Origin: Patescibacteria group bacterium
GTDB taxonomy: Bacteria; Patescibacteriota; WWE3; UBA101185; UBA10185
Direction of reading: 5' to 3'
Assembly: GCA_026004595.1 (NCBI GenBank)
Contig: BPJL01000002.1
Location: forward strand, 1,431-65,430
Length of the DNA stretch: 64,000 nt
Under the pieces are notes generated by a model. The model was not told the origin of the DNA, ran no database searches, and was given only the letters and a program-made list of their open reading frames with translations. Below, one piece after another: positions 18,531 to 29,677 of the stretch. Each line of letters starts with the position of its first letter. Within the stretch, counting starts at the first letter, position 1. Position numbers and translations under genes: made by a program.

Positions 18531-20167
18531 AATGGAATATCCGCCGCGAATATAAAGAAGGTGACGACATAATATCCGCTATACTTGATATTCGGGGGAT
18601 AGCGGCCGATGGAACATTTCTAAACCCTCCCAACATTTCAGAAGCATTTAATCTTTTGCCGCAAGAATTAAGGGATTCTTTGCAAAAGGCGGTTGAGTTA
18701 GTTAACAGCGCTGTAAAAGAGGGAAAACGCATTCTTATACATGGAGACTACGACGCCGACGGGATATCAGCTACAGCCATTTTGTACAACGCCCTATCAA
18801 AAGAAATGGGATATAAAAATGTCTTCCATTTCATTCCTAATCGTTTTGACCATGGATACGGCTTGTCCGAAAAATCAATCTTGGCTTTTTTTAACAAGAT
18901 TGGAGCCGTGCTATCAGGCGACGAAAAGATTTTGATAATTACGGTTGACTGCGGAATAACGGCCGTTGATGAAATCAGAAAATTGAAGGATCATGGGCAC
19001 TCTGTTGTGCTCACCGACCACCACCAAAAAAGCCATAAACTGCCGCCTGCAGACGTGATTGTTTGGTACGATAAGGTTGTCGGTGCCTCTTTAGCGCTCT
19101 TGTTGGCAAAAGTCCTCGGTTCAAAAGATCCGCACATGATAGCTCTGGCTTCTTTGGCCACTGTTACCGATTTACAGCCCTTGCTTGGATTTAACCGTTC
19201 GCTTGTTAAACGTGGGCTTGAAATATTAAACTCAAATCCTCCCGTAGGAATTAAAAAATTACTGCAGGCGGCCGGAAAAGGAGCAGGTGAAATTACAACT
19301 TACGATCTTGGGTGGATAGTAGGTCCCCGCCTCAATTCGTCTGGGAGGATTCTTGACGCTACCGAGTCTCTCAATTTATTGCTTGAAGAGGATGAAGCGG
19401 CGGCTGAAAATCTTGCTGTTAAGCTTAATGACATAAACTTGCAAAGACAGGACAAGACAATTGAAATGTATGATCTTGCCGCGGGAGTTGACGAAAACGC
19501 CCTTCCGAAAATAATTTTCTCCGCCCGCCCCGATTACCACGAAGGAATAATAGGACTCGTTGCCGCCCGCCTTTCCCAGAAATATTTCAGGCCCTCTGTG
19601 GTTGTGGCTTTGTTTGACGATCATGGAAAAGGATCAGTCAGGTCAGTTCCGGGAGTTGACATAATTTCCTTCTTAAGAAACTTTGAGGATATGTTTGACA
19701 GCTTGGGAGGCCACCCGATGGCAGCAGGATTTACCATTAAAAAAGAACTTCTGCCGGAGCTGGAAAAGAAAGCTTTGGAACTCGCCTCATCTTACATTCC
19801 CGATGAAGCTTTGGTGCCTTATTTGGATGTTGACATTAAAATACCCATTGATTTGGTGTCGCTTGAGCTCTTAAACCGCCTTGATGCATTAAAACCATTT
19901 GGGCTTGGAAACGAAGAGCCCGTTTTTATGTCGGAAAAGGTCGGGATAACAGATGTGAGTAGAGTTGGGCGCGACTCCCAGCACCTTCTTTTCAAATTTT
20001 ATGATTCGGGTAAATACCATAAAGGTATTTTTTTCAACGCGGCTGACAAAGAAGCCTCCGGCCTAAGATTTGGAGACAAAGCCGACATTGTTTATACTCT
20101 GAAGAAAAATGAGTACAATGGAAATACGTTTGTAGATTTATTTATTAAGGATATAAGGAAAAGTTAG
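18527..20167 (+). CDS. recJ: Single-stranded-DNA-specific exonuclease RecJ (DHH/DHHA1)
   Basis: ILIHGDYDADGISATAIL DHH motif; ~546 aa. Confidence 0.85.
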   Translation: MKWNIRREYKEGDDIISAILDIRGIAADGTFLNPPNISEAFNLLPQELRDSLQKAVELVNSAVKEGKRILIHGDYDADGISATAILYNALSKEMGYKNVFHFIPNRFDHGYGLSEKSILAFFNKIGAVLSGDEKILIITVDCGITAVDEIRKLKDHGHSVVLTDHHQKSHKLPPADVIVWYDKVVGASLALLLAKVLGSKDPHMIALASLATVTDLQPLLGFNRSLVKRGLEILNSNPPVGIKKLLQAAGKGAGEITTYDLGWIVGPRLNSSGRILDATESLNLLLEEDEAAAENLAVKLNDINLQRQDKTIEMYDLAAGVDENALPKIIFSARPDYHEGIIGLVAARLSQKYFRPSVVVALFDDHGKGSVRSVPGVDIISFLRNFEDMFDSLGGHPMAAGFTIKKELLPELEKKALELASSYIPDEALVPYLDVDIKIPIDLVSLELLNRLDALKPFGLGNEEPVFMSEKVGITDVSRVGRDSQHLLFKFYDSGKYHKGIFFNAADKEASGLRFGDKADIVYTLKKNEYNGNTFVDLFIKDIRKS

Positions 20168-20168
20168 T

Positions 20169-21461
20169 ATGGAAAGAACATTGCTAAAAGATTTAGGAAA
20201 AAAGATCGGGGAGGATGTAAAAATTTTCGGTTTTATACACGCGATCCGCGACCAAGGGGGAATAAAGTTTCTTCAGTTAAGAGATTTTTCGGGGATCGTG
20301 CAGATTGTTGTCCTTAAATCCGAAAAAGAAGTTTTTGACGCTGTGAAAGATTTATCTTTAGAGTCGGTTTTGGAGATTCACGGCAGAGTTAAGGAGGAGA
20401 AACAGGCGCCCGGAGGGTTTGAGGTTCAAGCTATGGAGATGAAAATACTATCGCTTGCCGAACCCGAACTTCCCATTCCGATTGTTGAAGAAAAAGGAGC
20501 GGAAGAAACTGAATTAACAAAAAGACTTGATTGGAGATGGCTTGACTTGAGAAAAGTTTCAAAAAAGCACATATTTCCGGTTTGGACTGCTTTGGAAGAA
20601 GGTTTTAGAAAATATTTTTTGTCAAACGGTTTTGTTCAGATATACACGCCCTCTTTGATGAACACTGCGAGCGAAACGGGAGCTGATGTTTTTGAGGTAA
20701 AGTATTTTGAGCGCAAAGCATATCTTGCCCAATCGCCCCAATTCTATAAGCAAATGGCTATGTCGGCAGGAATGGAAAGAGTGTTTATGGTCGGACCTGT
20801 TTTCAGAGCGGAACCCTCTTTCACTACAAGACACCTGACCGAATTCACTGGCTGGGACTTTGAAGTTTCATATATCAACGATCATTTTGACGTAATGAGC
20901 ATGGAAGAAGATATGATAATTTCGGGTTTTAGAGAAGTTAGGGAGAGGACAGGAATTGAATTGGAAATCCCCTCAAAGCCATTTCCGAAAATAGGTTTAA
21001 GAGATGCGAAAAAAATATTGGCTGAAAAAGGAGTAAAAAGCGAAAAGCCTTTTGATTTGTCGCCGGAAGAAGAAAGAACTCTGTCCGAGATATTCAAAGA
21101 AAAAGAGGGATCGGATTTTGTTTTTCTTACGGATTACCCTGTTGAGGTCAGGCCCTTTTATCACATGAGGTATGAGGATGATCCCGACACTACAAAAAGT
21201 TTTGACCTTCTTTACAAAGGTGTTGAAATAACTACTGGGGCCCAAAGAGAGCATCGTCCCGAGATTTTGAAAAAGCAGGCTATTGAAAAGAGAATGGATC
21301 TTAAGACATTAGAGGGATACATCAACTTTTTTAGATACGGATGTCCTCCCCACGGAGGCGCGGGGATAGGCCCGGGAAGAATAATAATGAGAATGCTTGA
21401 CCTTCCTACCGTAAAAGAAGCAACTTTCCTGCCCAGAGACGTAAAAAGATTAACGCCATAA
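20169..21461 (+). CDS. aspS: Class II Asp/Asn-tRNA synthetase, archaeal-type compact form; probably non-discriminating AspRS
   Basis: 430 aa. N-terminal OB fold. Motif 2 FRAEPSFTTRHLTEFTGWDFE. Motif 3 GGAGIGPGR. AspRS versus AsnRS cannot be resolved by eye. Confidence 0.7.
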   Translation: MERTLLKDLGKKIGEDVKIFGFIHAIRDQGGIKFLQLRDFSGIVQIVVLKSEKEVFDAVKDLSLESVLEIHGRVKEEKQAPGGFEVQAMEMKILSLAEPELPIPIVEEKGAEETELTKRLDWRWLDLRKVSKKHIFPVWTALEEGFRKYFLSNGFVQIYTPSLMNTASETGADVFEVKYFERKAYLAQSPQFYKQMAMSAGMERVFMVGPVFRAEPSFTTRHLTEFTGWDFEVSYINDHFDVMSMEEDMIISGFREVRERTGIELEIPSKPFPKIGLRDAKKILAEKGVKSEKPFDLSPEEERTLSEIFKEKEGSDFVFLTDYPVEVRPFYHMRYEDDPDTTKSFDLLYKGVEITTGAQREHRPEILKKQAIEKRMDLKTLEGYINFFRYGCPPHGGAGIGPGRIIMRMLDLPTVKEATFLPRDVKRLTP

Positions 21462-21467
21462 AACAAA

Positions 21468-22466
21468 ATGACGATTTCAATCACCCGCAGAGCAATTGCG
21501 CATATCGTGAGATCTTTTGCCTATTTTCTGTGGACTATAGATTTTTGCGCCAGCTTCAAAACAATTTTCTATGTTTTATTTATGGTTTACGCAGGAATTC
21601 TTTTTGCGATCAGCCGGGCGGATCTGGGAGATGTAATGAATGGAGCTTTGATGTCCGTAAATTATATTCAGCCGGTTCAGACTTCTTACCAAAATATATA
21701 TCCCCTGAAGATTGGGGGGCAGGATCGGCCCAATATTTCTTCTATCGCTGCGGCCGTGTACGATAGGGGATCGGGAAAGATTTTATACAGCAAATCGCCT
21801 GACATAAGACTTGCTCCTGCATCAACAACCAAGTTGATGACAGCTCTTGTAGCTCTTGAACTTTATACTTCAGATGAGATTGTTACGGTTCCATACTTTT
21901 GCACTAATGTAGATTCCACCAAGGCCTGGCTTCCTGCAGAGGAAAAGTTCAAAGCCCAAGATCTTATAACCACTATGTTGATAGGTTCTGCCGGAGACGC
22001 CGCATGCGCTTTGGCTACATCCAAGGTTTCATATTCGGAGTTTGTGGGAAAGATGAATGAGAAGGCAAAAGAGCTTGGGATGAAAAATACTAATTTCGTA
22101 AATCCAATTGGGCTGGACGGATTCAAAGGTGTCCATTATTCTACCGTTTCGGACTTATACGCTTTGGCCTTGGTGTCTCTTTCTAATGATGTGGTGAAAA
22201 ATACGGTTTCAACAATAGAGTTCACTATAAAATCATTGTCCTCCGATTTCAGTTATAAAGTGACGAATACTAACAGGTTGTTATGGGAGATTCCCGGAAG
22301 CGTCGGTATAAAGACGGGAACCACTGTGGGCGCAGGTGAAGTATTAATGTACGAATGGAAAGACGACAAAAGGGACTTGGTGATAATAGTTATGGGAAGC
22401 GAGGACAGATTTAGAGACACAAAGATTTTGCTGGATTGGTCGTTGGAAAACTACGTTTGGGATTAA
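21468..22466 (+). CDS. dacA: D-alanyl-D-alanine carboxypeptidase (S11, PBP5/6-like)
   Basis: SxxK motif ASTTKLMTALVALE, SGD and KTG triads, N-terminal TM. Confidence 0.8.
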   Translation: MTISITRRAIAHIVRSFAYFLWTIDFCASFKTIFYVLFMVYAGILFAISRADLGDVMNGALMSVNYIQPVQTSYQNIYPLKIGGQDRPNISSIAAAVYDRGSGKILYSKSPDIRLAPASTTKLMTALVALELYTSDEIVTVPYFCTNVDSTKAWLPAEEKFKAQDLITTMLIGSAGDAACALATSKVSYSEFVGKMNEKAKELGMKNTNFVNPIGLDGFKGVHYSTVSDLYALALVSLSNDVVKNTVSTIEFTIKSLSSDFSYKVTNTNRLLWEIPGSVGIKTGTTVGAGEVLMYEWKDDKRDLVIIVMGSEDRFRDTKILLDWSLENYVWD

Positions 22467-22468
22467 CT

Positions 22469-23671
22469 TTATTGGGTTACGGGAGTCGCTGGAGCATTTT
22501 GAGGAGCGATCGGTTTTACATATTGGCCGCTTATCGCAGGAAGATATATTGTTATTTCTCCGCCCTGCGAACCGAGAGATTTGTATTTACCATCAAAAAC
22601 ATATATTGGTTGAAGATACAACTGCTTTTCATCCGGGTTTTCGTAGTATGCCAAGTATATATTGTCAACCAAAATCTCTGAAACTACAGGTGTATCTTGT
22701 TTGTCAAAAACGCTCGAACCTGCCGGAACTACGCTTGTAATGACTCCTTTTCCGTTTTTGACAGCATTCCATGCGGTTGAGACATCAATGATTGGGTACG
22801 AGGCGTTGGTTTTTGTTTCTATCTCCCTGTAGTAGGCGCTTATTTTGGGGTATGTAAGAACCAGAGTCTTTTCATTTTTGGGTGAAGTTACAAAAGTGTT
22901 AAGAAGACCGATTTTTGGGTCTGGTCCCAGCACAATGTAATCATTTAACTTTCTGTATAAATCAACACGGGCAAAAACAGTATCCCTTTGTGCATTTGTT
23001 TGGTAGAGCTTGGTGCCGCCTACGTATCCGTAGGTGACTTTTTGAACGCCCTCTTTGTATAATTCATCAATTCTGTCCAATTTTGAAAATAACGATACAG
23101 CGCTATTAATAACACCCTTGTCGTCAAGTTTACCTGTGTATAATCGGGCCGAGTTTCTTACTATGTCCGAGTCGGCGAATATTCTTCTGGTGTTTATATC
23201 AATTTCTAGATAACTGTTTGTGTCGGTTCTTCTCCATTTGTAAACTGTTCCTTTTAGATCCGAAATAAGATGTTGATTTTCATAGCCTATTAACTCCGCA
23301 TCTTTCATAGCATTGTCGCCGGCAAGATAGGAGAAAGCTCGGGGCTTAAACTTGTAAACGTTCATTTTATAGGGGATGCTGCCGGGAAGTCTGCCGTTTT
23401 TAGTGTTTAGTTTGTAAACTTGGTCACCTGTGACCTCCTTGGCCACAAACTCAAGTGGGTCTAAGTTTCCATAAATTGGGTTAGGGGGTTCTTTAGTTTG
23501 GTATATTATTTTTACTAAAGTTTTAAGCCCAGGTCCCCCGAAAAACATCCACCCGTAGTAAACACCAAGAACCAACATGCTGATTTTTATGAAACGTCTG
23601 AAGAGAATGGCAGTTTTGGTTAAATTCATCTCTAATATATTATAACAATATTTTGTGTGATAGAATCCCAA
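22469..23671 (-). CDS. Hypothetical membrane-anchored extracytoplasmic protein (start possibly at internal Met 23629)
   Basis: 400-aa ORF with a single N-terminal TM (LVLGVYYGWMFFGG); no recognisable family. Confidence 0.4.
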   Translation of the reverse strand: MGFYHTKYCYNILEMNLTKTAILFRRFIKISMLVLGVYYGWMFFGGPGLKTLVKIIYQTKEPPNPIYGNLDPLEFVAKEVTGDQVYKLNTKNGRLPGSIPYKMNVYKFKPRAFSYLAGDNAMKDAELIGYENQHLISDLKGTVYKWRRTDTNSYLEIDINTRRIFADSDIVRNSARLYTGKLDDKGVINSAVSLFSKLDRIDELYKEGVQKVTYGYVGGTKLYQTNAQRDTVFARVDLYRKLNDYIVLGPDPKIGLLNTFVTSPKNEKTLVLTYPKISAYYREIETKTNASYPIIDVSTAWNAVKNGKGVITSVVPAGSSVFDKQDTPVVSEILVDNIYLAYYENPDEKQLYLQPIYVFDGKYKSLGSQGGEITIYLPAISGQYVKPIAPQNAPATPVTQ

Positions 23672-23673
23672 GT

Positions 23674-25125
23674 ATGGAAGTAAGAACTAGAATGGCTCCC
23701 AGCCCGACCGGAGAATACCATGTTGGGCATATCCGCACCCTGATGTACAACTACGCTTTTGCCCGAAAAAACAACGGTAAATTCATATTGAGAATAGAAG
23801 ATACCGATCGTGAGAGATACGTTCCCGGCGCGGTAGAAAGAATTCAAGATGTTATAAAAATGATGGGTTTTGAATGGGACGAAGGTCCGGGAGTAGGAGG
23901 CGAGTACGGACCCTATGTGCAGTCTGAACGATTGGATATATATAAAAAGTATGCAGAGGAACTAATTGCGAAGGGCTATGCTTACTACTGTTTTTGCACA
24001 GAAGAAAGATTGGAGAAACTTAGGGAAAAACAGAAAGAGCATGGGGTCAGCAAGTACGATAGGCATTGTCTTAAATTAAAAAAAGATGAAATTGAAAAAA
24101 ATTTGAAAGCTAATGTTCCCCGTGTGATAAGAATGAAAGTACCCGACCATGAAGATGTATCTTTTGATGATTTGATACTTAGGAGAATCACTATAAATTC
24201 CGATGCTGTTGACGATCAGGTTCTGATCAAAGCAGACGGGTATCCTACATATCACATGGCTGTTGTTGTTGATGACCACCTTATGAAAATCACTCATGTT
24301 ATGCGTGGCAATGATTGGGTCCCCTCAACTCCCAAGCACATACTTCTATATAAATTCTTCGGATGGGAGCCCCCTAAATATGCCCATCTGCCGAACCTTA
24401 AAGAAGTGGGTGGAACGAAGAAGTTATCAAAAAGGTTTGGCTCGGTGTCTGTTTATGAGTTTTTGAGCGAGGGATACTTGCCTGAGGCGTTGAACAACTT
24501 TTTAATGTTTCTCGGGTGGAACCCCGGAACAGATAAAGAAATCTATACATTAGAAGAATTCATTAGAGACTTTTCAATTGAAAGAATCCAGCCGACCGAT
24601 CTTGTTGCATTTGACAGGCAGAAATTATTGTGGATGAACGGGCTGTATATCAGGAACACGGCAAACGCAGATTTGTGGAAGAAACTTAACGCATGGTCAG
24701 AGAAGTTTGATTTTTACTTGCATGGAAAAAACGCCGAAAAAGAGAAAGTGTTTGCAGTATTGGACTTAATAAAAGATAGAATGAAATTGCTTAGCGAGTA
24801 TAACAGCCTGGCGCATTACTTTTTTGAAGATCCGGAGATAGAAAAGGACGGGTTATATTCTTATGTTTCAGATGAAGAAAGAGGCAGGGAAATCCTTGAA
24901 GGTTTTAAGAATATTTATTCGGGTGTAAAAGATTGGAGCACGCCGGTTATAGATAAAATTTCCCATGATTTTATTTCTAAGAGAAACTACAAACCTAAAG
25001 AAGCATTTATGACTTTGAGAATAGCAATGACAGGAGAAACCGCCACTCCCCAGATTTTTGATATCTTGGGTATTTTAGGGAGAGAGACAGTGCTGAAAAG
25101 GCTAGGTTCAGCCCTTAATGTCTAG
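23674..25125 (+). CDS. gltX: Glutamyl-tRNA synthetase
   Basis: HIGH motif (PSPTGEYHVGH) and KMSKS (KLSKRFGS). Start set at MEVRTRMAPSPTG, 7 nt after the extended -10 TGATAGAAT (23658-23666). Confidence 0.9.
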   Translation: MEVRTRMAPSPTGEYHVGHIRTLMYNYAFARKNNGKFILRIEDTDRERYVPGAVERIQDVIKMMGFEWDEGPGVGGEYGPYVQSERLDIYKKYAEELIAKGYAYYCFCTEERLEKLREKQKEHGVSKYDRHCLKLKKDEIEKNLKANVPRVIRMKVPDHEDVSFDDLILRRITINSDAVDDQVLIKADGYPTYHMAVVVDDHLMKITHVMRGNDWVPSTPKHILLYKFFGWEPPKYAHLPNLKEVGGTKKLSKRFGSVSVYEFLSEGYLPEALNNFLMFLGWNPGTDKEIYTLEEFIRDFSIERIQPTDLVAFDRQKLLWMNGLYIRNTANADLWKKLNAWSEKFDFYLHGKNAEKEKVFAVLDLIKDRMKLLSEYNSLAHYFFEDPEIEKDGLYSYVSDEERGREILEGFKNIYSGVKDWSTPVIDKISHDFISKRNYKPKEAFMTLRIAMTGETATPQIFDILGILGRETVLKRLGSALNV

Positions 25126-25144
25126 TCAGCATAGAAAAGCTGTC

Positions 25145-25172
25145 TTGAATTAGACCTGTCCGCTGATAGAAT
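25145..25172 (+). promoter_or_regulatory. Sigma-70 promoter TTGAAT-N16-TGaTAGAAT upstream of recA
   Basis: TTGAAT at 25145-25150, extended -10 TGATAGAAT at 25164-25172. GGAGG RBS before the GTG start. Confidence 0.45.
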
Positions 25173-25229
25173 GAGTTTAGTAAATTATCATTGCCGAACT
25201 GCCCCGAGCAAATTTTTTGGAGGTAACCT

Positions 25230-26333
25230 GTGGTGAAAGAACATAAAGACAGCAAGCAAATAGATTCTGCCAAAAAGGGTAAGGATATTGCCTTGCAGAC
25301 AGCAATAGATCAGATTGAAAAAAATTACGGAAAAGGGTCAATTATGAGGTTGGGAGGAAGCGGCGGAGAGAGAGTTGTCCCGGTAATTCCCACCGGATCC
25401 ATTGCTTTAGATATAGCATTGGGTGTCGGCGGTGTTCCTAGAGGAAGAATAGTTGAAATTTATGGGCCAGAAGCTTCGGGAAAAACAACTTTGGTACAGC
25501 ACATAATCGCCGAAGCTCAAAAAATGGGCGGGACGGCTGCGCTTATAGACGCAGAACATGCTTTTGACCCCACATACGCTGAAAAAACCGGAGTAGATGT
25601 TGAGAATTTGTTAGTTTCACAGCCCGATACCGGTGAGCAGGCTTTGGAAATAGCCGAAACGCTAATAAGATCAAACGCGGTTGATGTAGTGGCAATCGAC
25701 TCCGTCGCCGCCTTGGTTCCGAGAGCCGAAATAGAAGGTGACATAGGTGATAGTTTTGTAGCTGTCCAGGCGAGGTTAATGAGCCAAGCATTAAGAAGAC
25801 TGACGGGAGCGATCAGTAGGTCAAATTGCACGATAATATTTACCAACCAGCTAAGGATGAAAATAGGCGTGATGTTTGGAAACCCCGAAACTACTCCCGG
25901 AGGAAAAGCCCTAAAATATTATGCCTCTGTAAGAATTGAGGTAAGAAAGGCAGAAGCTCTGAAAAGTGGGCAGGACATCAGCGGAATAAGAGTTCTCGCT
26001 AAAGTTGTTAAGAATAAAGTTGCCCCTCCATTCAGAAAAGCCGAGTTTGATATTTTATTTAATGAGGGAATAAGCAAAGAGGCTAACATTTTAGATGTTG
26101 GTGTGGATCTTGGAGTCATTAAAAAATTCGGAACTTGGTACGAGGCTGATGGCGAGAAGCTTGGGCAGGGAAAAGAAGCAGCAAGAATTTATCTTAAATC
26201 CAATCATAAGCTTAGGGACGAATTGGCTAAGAAAATAATGGATAAGGTGAAGCAGAGCAAGGAAATACCGCTTGAGCTGGGTACTGCTGGAGACGAGGTT
26301 GCTTTTTCAATGCCCGGAGAAGAAGCTGATTAA
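25230..26333 (+). CDS. recA: Recombinase RecA
   Basis: Walker [11 protein letters not shown]; RecA loops and overall length match. Confidence 0.92.
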   Translation: MVKEHKDSKQIDSAKKGKDIALQTAIDQIEKNYGKGSIMRLGGSGGERVVPVIPTGSIALDIALGVGGVPRGRIVEIYGPEASGKTTLVQHIIAEAQKMGGTAALIDAEHAFDPTYAEKTGVDVENLLVSQPDTGEQALEIAETLIRSNAVDVVAIDSVAALVPRAEIEGDIGDSFVAVQARLMSQALRRLTGAISRSNCTIIFTNQLRMKIGVMFGNPETTPGGKALKYYASVRIEVRKAEALKSGQDISGIRVLAKVVKNKVAPPFRKAEFDILFNEGISKEANILDVGVDLGVIKKFGTWYEADGEKLGQGKEAARIYLKSNHKLRDELAKKIMDKVKQSKEIPLELGTAGDEVAFSMPGEEAD

Positions 26334-26839
26334 TGCCGGAACTTGAAAAACTTGAAGAAAAAATATTGGCAAAGCTTTTGGATTTTCTGTCTTATTCTTC
26401 CCGAACCGAGAAGGAGGTAAGGGATAAAGCCAACTATTTTTTGAGAAAGTCGGATATACCTAAAAGCGCGGATCGCGAGGATTTGGTAGAAAGAATAATT
26501 TCACTTCTCAAAGAAGAGAATCTGGTTGATGACAAAATTTATGCCAAGAGGTATGTGGAAGGCTTGATTTTGTCCCCAAAAAATAAAAGCGTAAGGGAAG
26601 CAATGAGTTTTCTGCTCAAAAGGGGAGTATCTGAAGATATTGCAGAAAGCGTTCTTGAGGAATTTGGCGAACAACTGGAGTTAAAATCTCTCAAATCTCT
26701 GATTGAGAAGAAGTCAAGGACGTATGGAAGCTTAAGAAATCCAATCGCAAGGCAAAAACTTATCAGATACCTCATTTCTAAAGGTTTTAGCTACGAGGCC
26801 GCGCGGGCGGAGGTTGACAAAACAGCGTCATTAAAATAA
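26333..26839 (+). CDS. recX: RecA regulator RecX (putative)
   Basis: 168-aa helical-repeat protein immediately downstream of recA, overlapping its stop. Confidence 0.6.
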   Translation: MPELEKLEEKILAKLLDFLSYSSRTEKEVRDKANYFLRKSDIPKSADREDLVERIISLLKEENLVDDKIYAKRYVEGLILSPKNKSVREAMSFLLKRGVSEDIAESVLEEFGEQLELKSLKSLIEKKSRTYGSLRNPIARQKLIRYLISKGFSYEAARAEVDKTASLK

Positions 26840-26999
26840 AATCAAGCCATGGAATTTGCCGATTTTTTGCTTAAAAACACGATGAGAACGGGATTTTTGA
26901 CAACCCTTTTCCCACGATCTTAAGTATAGAAACGCACATAGTTGCGGCAATTCCTGAATGTAAAACATATGTTTGAACTATTTATGGAGGTATCTAAAT

Positions 27000-28580
27000 A
27001 TGGATCTAATTACGGTCATTTTAGCAGTGGTGGCTGGAGCAGCCGGTGTGCTCATTTCACGAGTTTTATTTAACTCCCAAAAACCAAAACAGGAAGAGAA
27101 GCCCTTAGCAGAAGTTGTTCCTGAAAAGGATCTTGAGGGAGAAGCTATTGTCATAGAGGCCAGATCTAAGGCCAAAGAAATAATTGTTGAAGCGAAGGAC
27201 GAGGCCTTAAGAATCAGATCTCAGGCTGAAGAAGAAGCCAGAAAAATAAAAGAAGCTTCGTTGGAGGAAGCCAGGAGGACAAAAGAAGGCACCCTTGAAC
27301 TGGAAAAGGCGCTCGCTATAAGAAAAACCGAGGTAGAGACAAAAGAAAAGGACATTGAACAAAAGGTGAAAACCCTTAGGGCTCTCAAGGAAACCCTTGA
27401 AAGAAAACAAGAAGAAATCGAGGGGTTGCATAAGAAAGCTCAAGATGAGCTTGAGCGTGTCTCCTCTTTAAGCAAAGAGGAAGCTCGAAACCTTTTGATG
27501 CAATCCATTGACAAAGAACTTGCTCAGGAAAAAGGAAAGAAAATCAGGGAAATTGAAGAAGAAATAAAACACACTTCGGAAAAAACAGCACAAGAAATTT
27601 TGGTTTCGGCGATGAGGTTTGGGGCGACAGACATTGTTGTTGAACATACCACTTCAAAGGTAAAACTTCCTGACGAGGAGGTAAAAGGAAGAATTATAGG
27701 GAAAGAAGGACGCAACATTAGAACTTTTGAAGAGTTAACTGGCGTGGATTTGGATCTTGATTCCTCTCAAGGAGAAATAATAATTTCGTCATTTGATCCC
27801 GTGAGAAGAGAAGTTGCCAGAATAGCTCTTGAGAAGCTTTTGGCCGACGGCAGAATTCAACCAGCAAAAATTGAGGAAATAGTGCAGAAAACTCAAGGTG
27901 ATGTTGAACACTTGATGTTCAAAGCGGGAGACGATCTGTGCCACAAGGTTGGGGCATACAATGTGCCTAGAGAACTTGTGCAAATACTTGGGCGCTTTAA
28001 GTACAGGTTTTCCTACGGTCAAAACATGATAGAGCATACTCTTGAGGAAACAAAGATTGGAATCGCTTTGGCTCATGAGCTGGGTATAAATGTAGATGTA
28101 GTGCGTTTGGGGTGTTTGTTCCATGATATCGGCAAGGTTGTAACCGAAGATGAAGGAACACATATTCAGCTAGGTGTTGATCTACTAAGAAAATTTAAGA
28201 TACCAGAAGAAGTAATTGCCTGCGTGGCAGAACATCATGAAGATAAGCCATTTAGTTCTATTGAATCCGCGGTTGTTAATTTGGCCGATCATATAAGCGG
28301 CGCAAGGCCGGGGGCAAGAAGCGAGGACTACCAATCTTACGCGACAAGATTAAAAGAGTTGGAGGAAGCGGCTATGTCATTTGATGGAGTTGAGAAAGCT
28401 TATGCGATTTCGGCAGGCCGCGAAGTGCGGGTTTTTGTTTCTCCGGAAAAAGTTGACGATTATTCCACAGCATTTTTAGCAAGAGAAATTGCTAAGAAAA
28501 TTGAACTCGAGCAATCCTACCCCGGTGTTGTGAAAGTAACAGTTATTAGGGAAACAAGGGTTTCGGAGACTGCAAAATAA
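27000..28580 (+). CDS. rny: Ribonuclease Y
   Basis: N-terminal TM, long coiled coil, KH domain (GRIIGKEGRNIRTFEELTGV) and HD domain (LFHDIGK). Start at ATG 27000, 8 nt after GGAGG. Confidence 0.88.
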   Translation: MDLITVILAVVAGAAGVLISRVLFNSQKPKQEEKPLAEVVPEKDLEGEAIVIEARSKAKEIIVEAKDEALRIRSQAEEEARKIKEASLEEARRTKEGTLELEKALAIRKTEVETKEKDIEQKVKTLRALKETLERKQEEIEGLHKKAQDELERVSSLSKEEARNLLMQSIDKELAQEKGKKIREIEEEIKHTSEKTAQEILVSAMRFGATDIVVEHTTSKVKLPDEEVKGRIIGKEGRNIRTFEELTGVDLDLDSSQGEIIISSFDPVRREVARIALEKLLADGRIQPAKIEEIVQKTQGDVEHLMFKAGDDLCHKVGAYNVPRELVQILGRFKYRFSYGQNMIEHTLEETKIGIALAHELGINVDVVRLGCLFHDIGKVVTEDEGTHIQLGVDLLRKFKIPEEVIACVAEHHEDKPFSSIESAVVNLADHISGARPGARSEDYQSYATRLKELEEAAMSFDGVEKAYAISAGREVRVFVSPEKVDDYSTAFLAREIAKKIELEQSYPGVVKVTVIRETRVSETAK

Positions 28581-28625
28581 TTAAAAATATTGTTAATTTT
28601 GCTCGCAATGGCGGGATAACACTAA

Positions 28626-28832
28626 ATGTTTTATTTAATAGCAGCGTTTCTAATATTGGTAGTTTTTGTTGTTACTGCAAGGATATTGAGTTCCTTAATA
28701 AAAGGATGTCTCATAGCTCTAGGTGTATTTATTATTGTCATTACGGCATTTTTGGTGTATAAATCATCAAGAGAGCCTGTTGAACTGTTTGGTATTTATA
28801 GACTGCATAATTTTGAAATTACCAAACTCTGA
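28626..28832 (+). CDS. Small 2-TM membrane protein
   Basis: 68-aa ORF between rny and ymdB, two hydrophobic helices. Confidence 0.3.
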   Translation: MFYLIAAFLILVVFVVTARILSSLIKGCLIALGVFIIVITAFLVYKSSREPVELFGIYRLHNFEITKL

Positions 28833-28854
28833 AAGATCTTATTAAGAAACATTT

Positions 28855-29634
28855 ATGAAAATTCTTTGTGTAGGCGAAATAGTAGCCGGTCCAGGGCGCA
28901 AGGCGGTAGAAGCCGCTCTCCCTGAAATAATAAAAGAGCACAAAGTTGATTTTGTCTTTTCCAATTGTGAAAACTTAGTGTCGGGAAGAGGTTTCACCGA
29001 AGAAAAAATACAAGATATGCAAAAAGTCGGAATTGATTTTTTTACCGGAGGCGACCACATCTTTTGGCAAAAGGAATCAGAGGATGCAATCGACCGTCTT
29101 CCTATTATTAGGCCCGCAAATTATCCAGAAGGGACGCCAGGGGTTGGCCACAAAATTGTCGACCTAGGCAAAAAGGGTGAAATACTGATGATTAACTTGA
29201 TGGGAAGAACCTCCTTTTCTACCTTGCATGCTTATCTTGAAGATCCATTTAGAACCGCTGATGCGATACTCAAATCTTATGAAGACAGGAAATTTTCCGC
29301 GATTATTGTTGATTTCCATGCTGAAGCCACAAGTGAAAAATACGCTCTTGCCCATTATTTAGATGGAAGGGTTGATATTTTTGTTGGTTCTCACACACAT
29401 GTTCCTACTTGCGATGAAATAATAATGCCCAAGGGCACTTTGTACATTACAGATGTGGGTATGACCGGATCAATAGACTCAGTTTTAGGAGTTGAAAGCA
29501 AAATAATAATAAACATGTTCATGACTGCAAGAAATCAGAGGTTCGATTGGGAAGAGCATGGAAGAAAAGCTTTTAGGAGTGTTTTGTTTGATACAGATAA
29601 TAAAGAAATAAAGAGAATAGATAGGTTAATTTAG
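28855..29634 (+). CDS. ymdB: YmdB-like metallophosphoesterase (2',3'-cyclic-nucleotide 2'-phosphodiesterase family)
   Basis: MKILCVGEIVAGPGRKAV... GDH/GNHE-type calcineurin-like motifs. Conserved position directly after rny, as in Bacillus. Confidence 0.8.
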   Translation: MKILCVGEIVAGPGRKAVEAALPEIIKEHKVDFVFSNCENLVSGRGFTEEKIQDMQKVGIDFFTGGDHIFWQKESEDAIDRLPIIRPANYPEGTPGVGHKIVDLGKKGEILMINLMGRTSFSTLHAYLEDPFRTADAILKSYEDRKFSAIIVDFHAEATSEKYALAHYLDGRVDIFVGSHTHVPTCDEIIMPKGTLYITDVGMTGSIDSVLGVESKIIINMFMTARNQRFDWEEHGRKAFRSVLFDTDNKEIKRIDRLI

Positions 29635-29677
29635 TTCGCCAACCAGGCAGACGACCTGAAAGGGGGTGTCTTATTAA

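Noticed and set aside
25126-25229. Looked for an SOS/Cheo box (GAAC-N4-GTTC) or LexA box upstream of recA
   Set aside because: No match in the promoter region; only a plain sigma-70 promoter was found.
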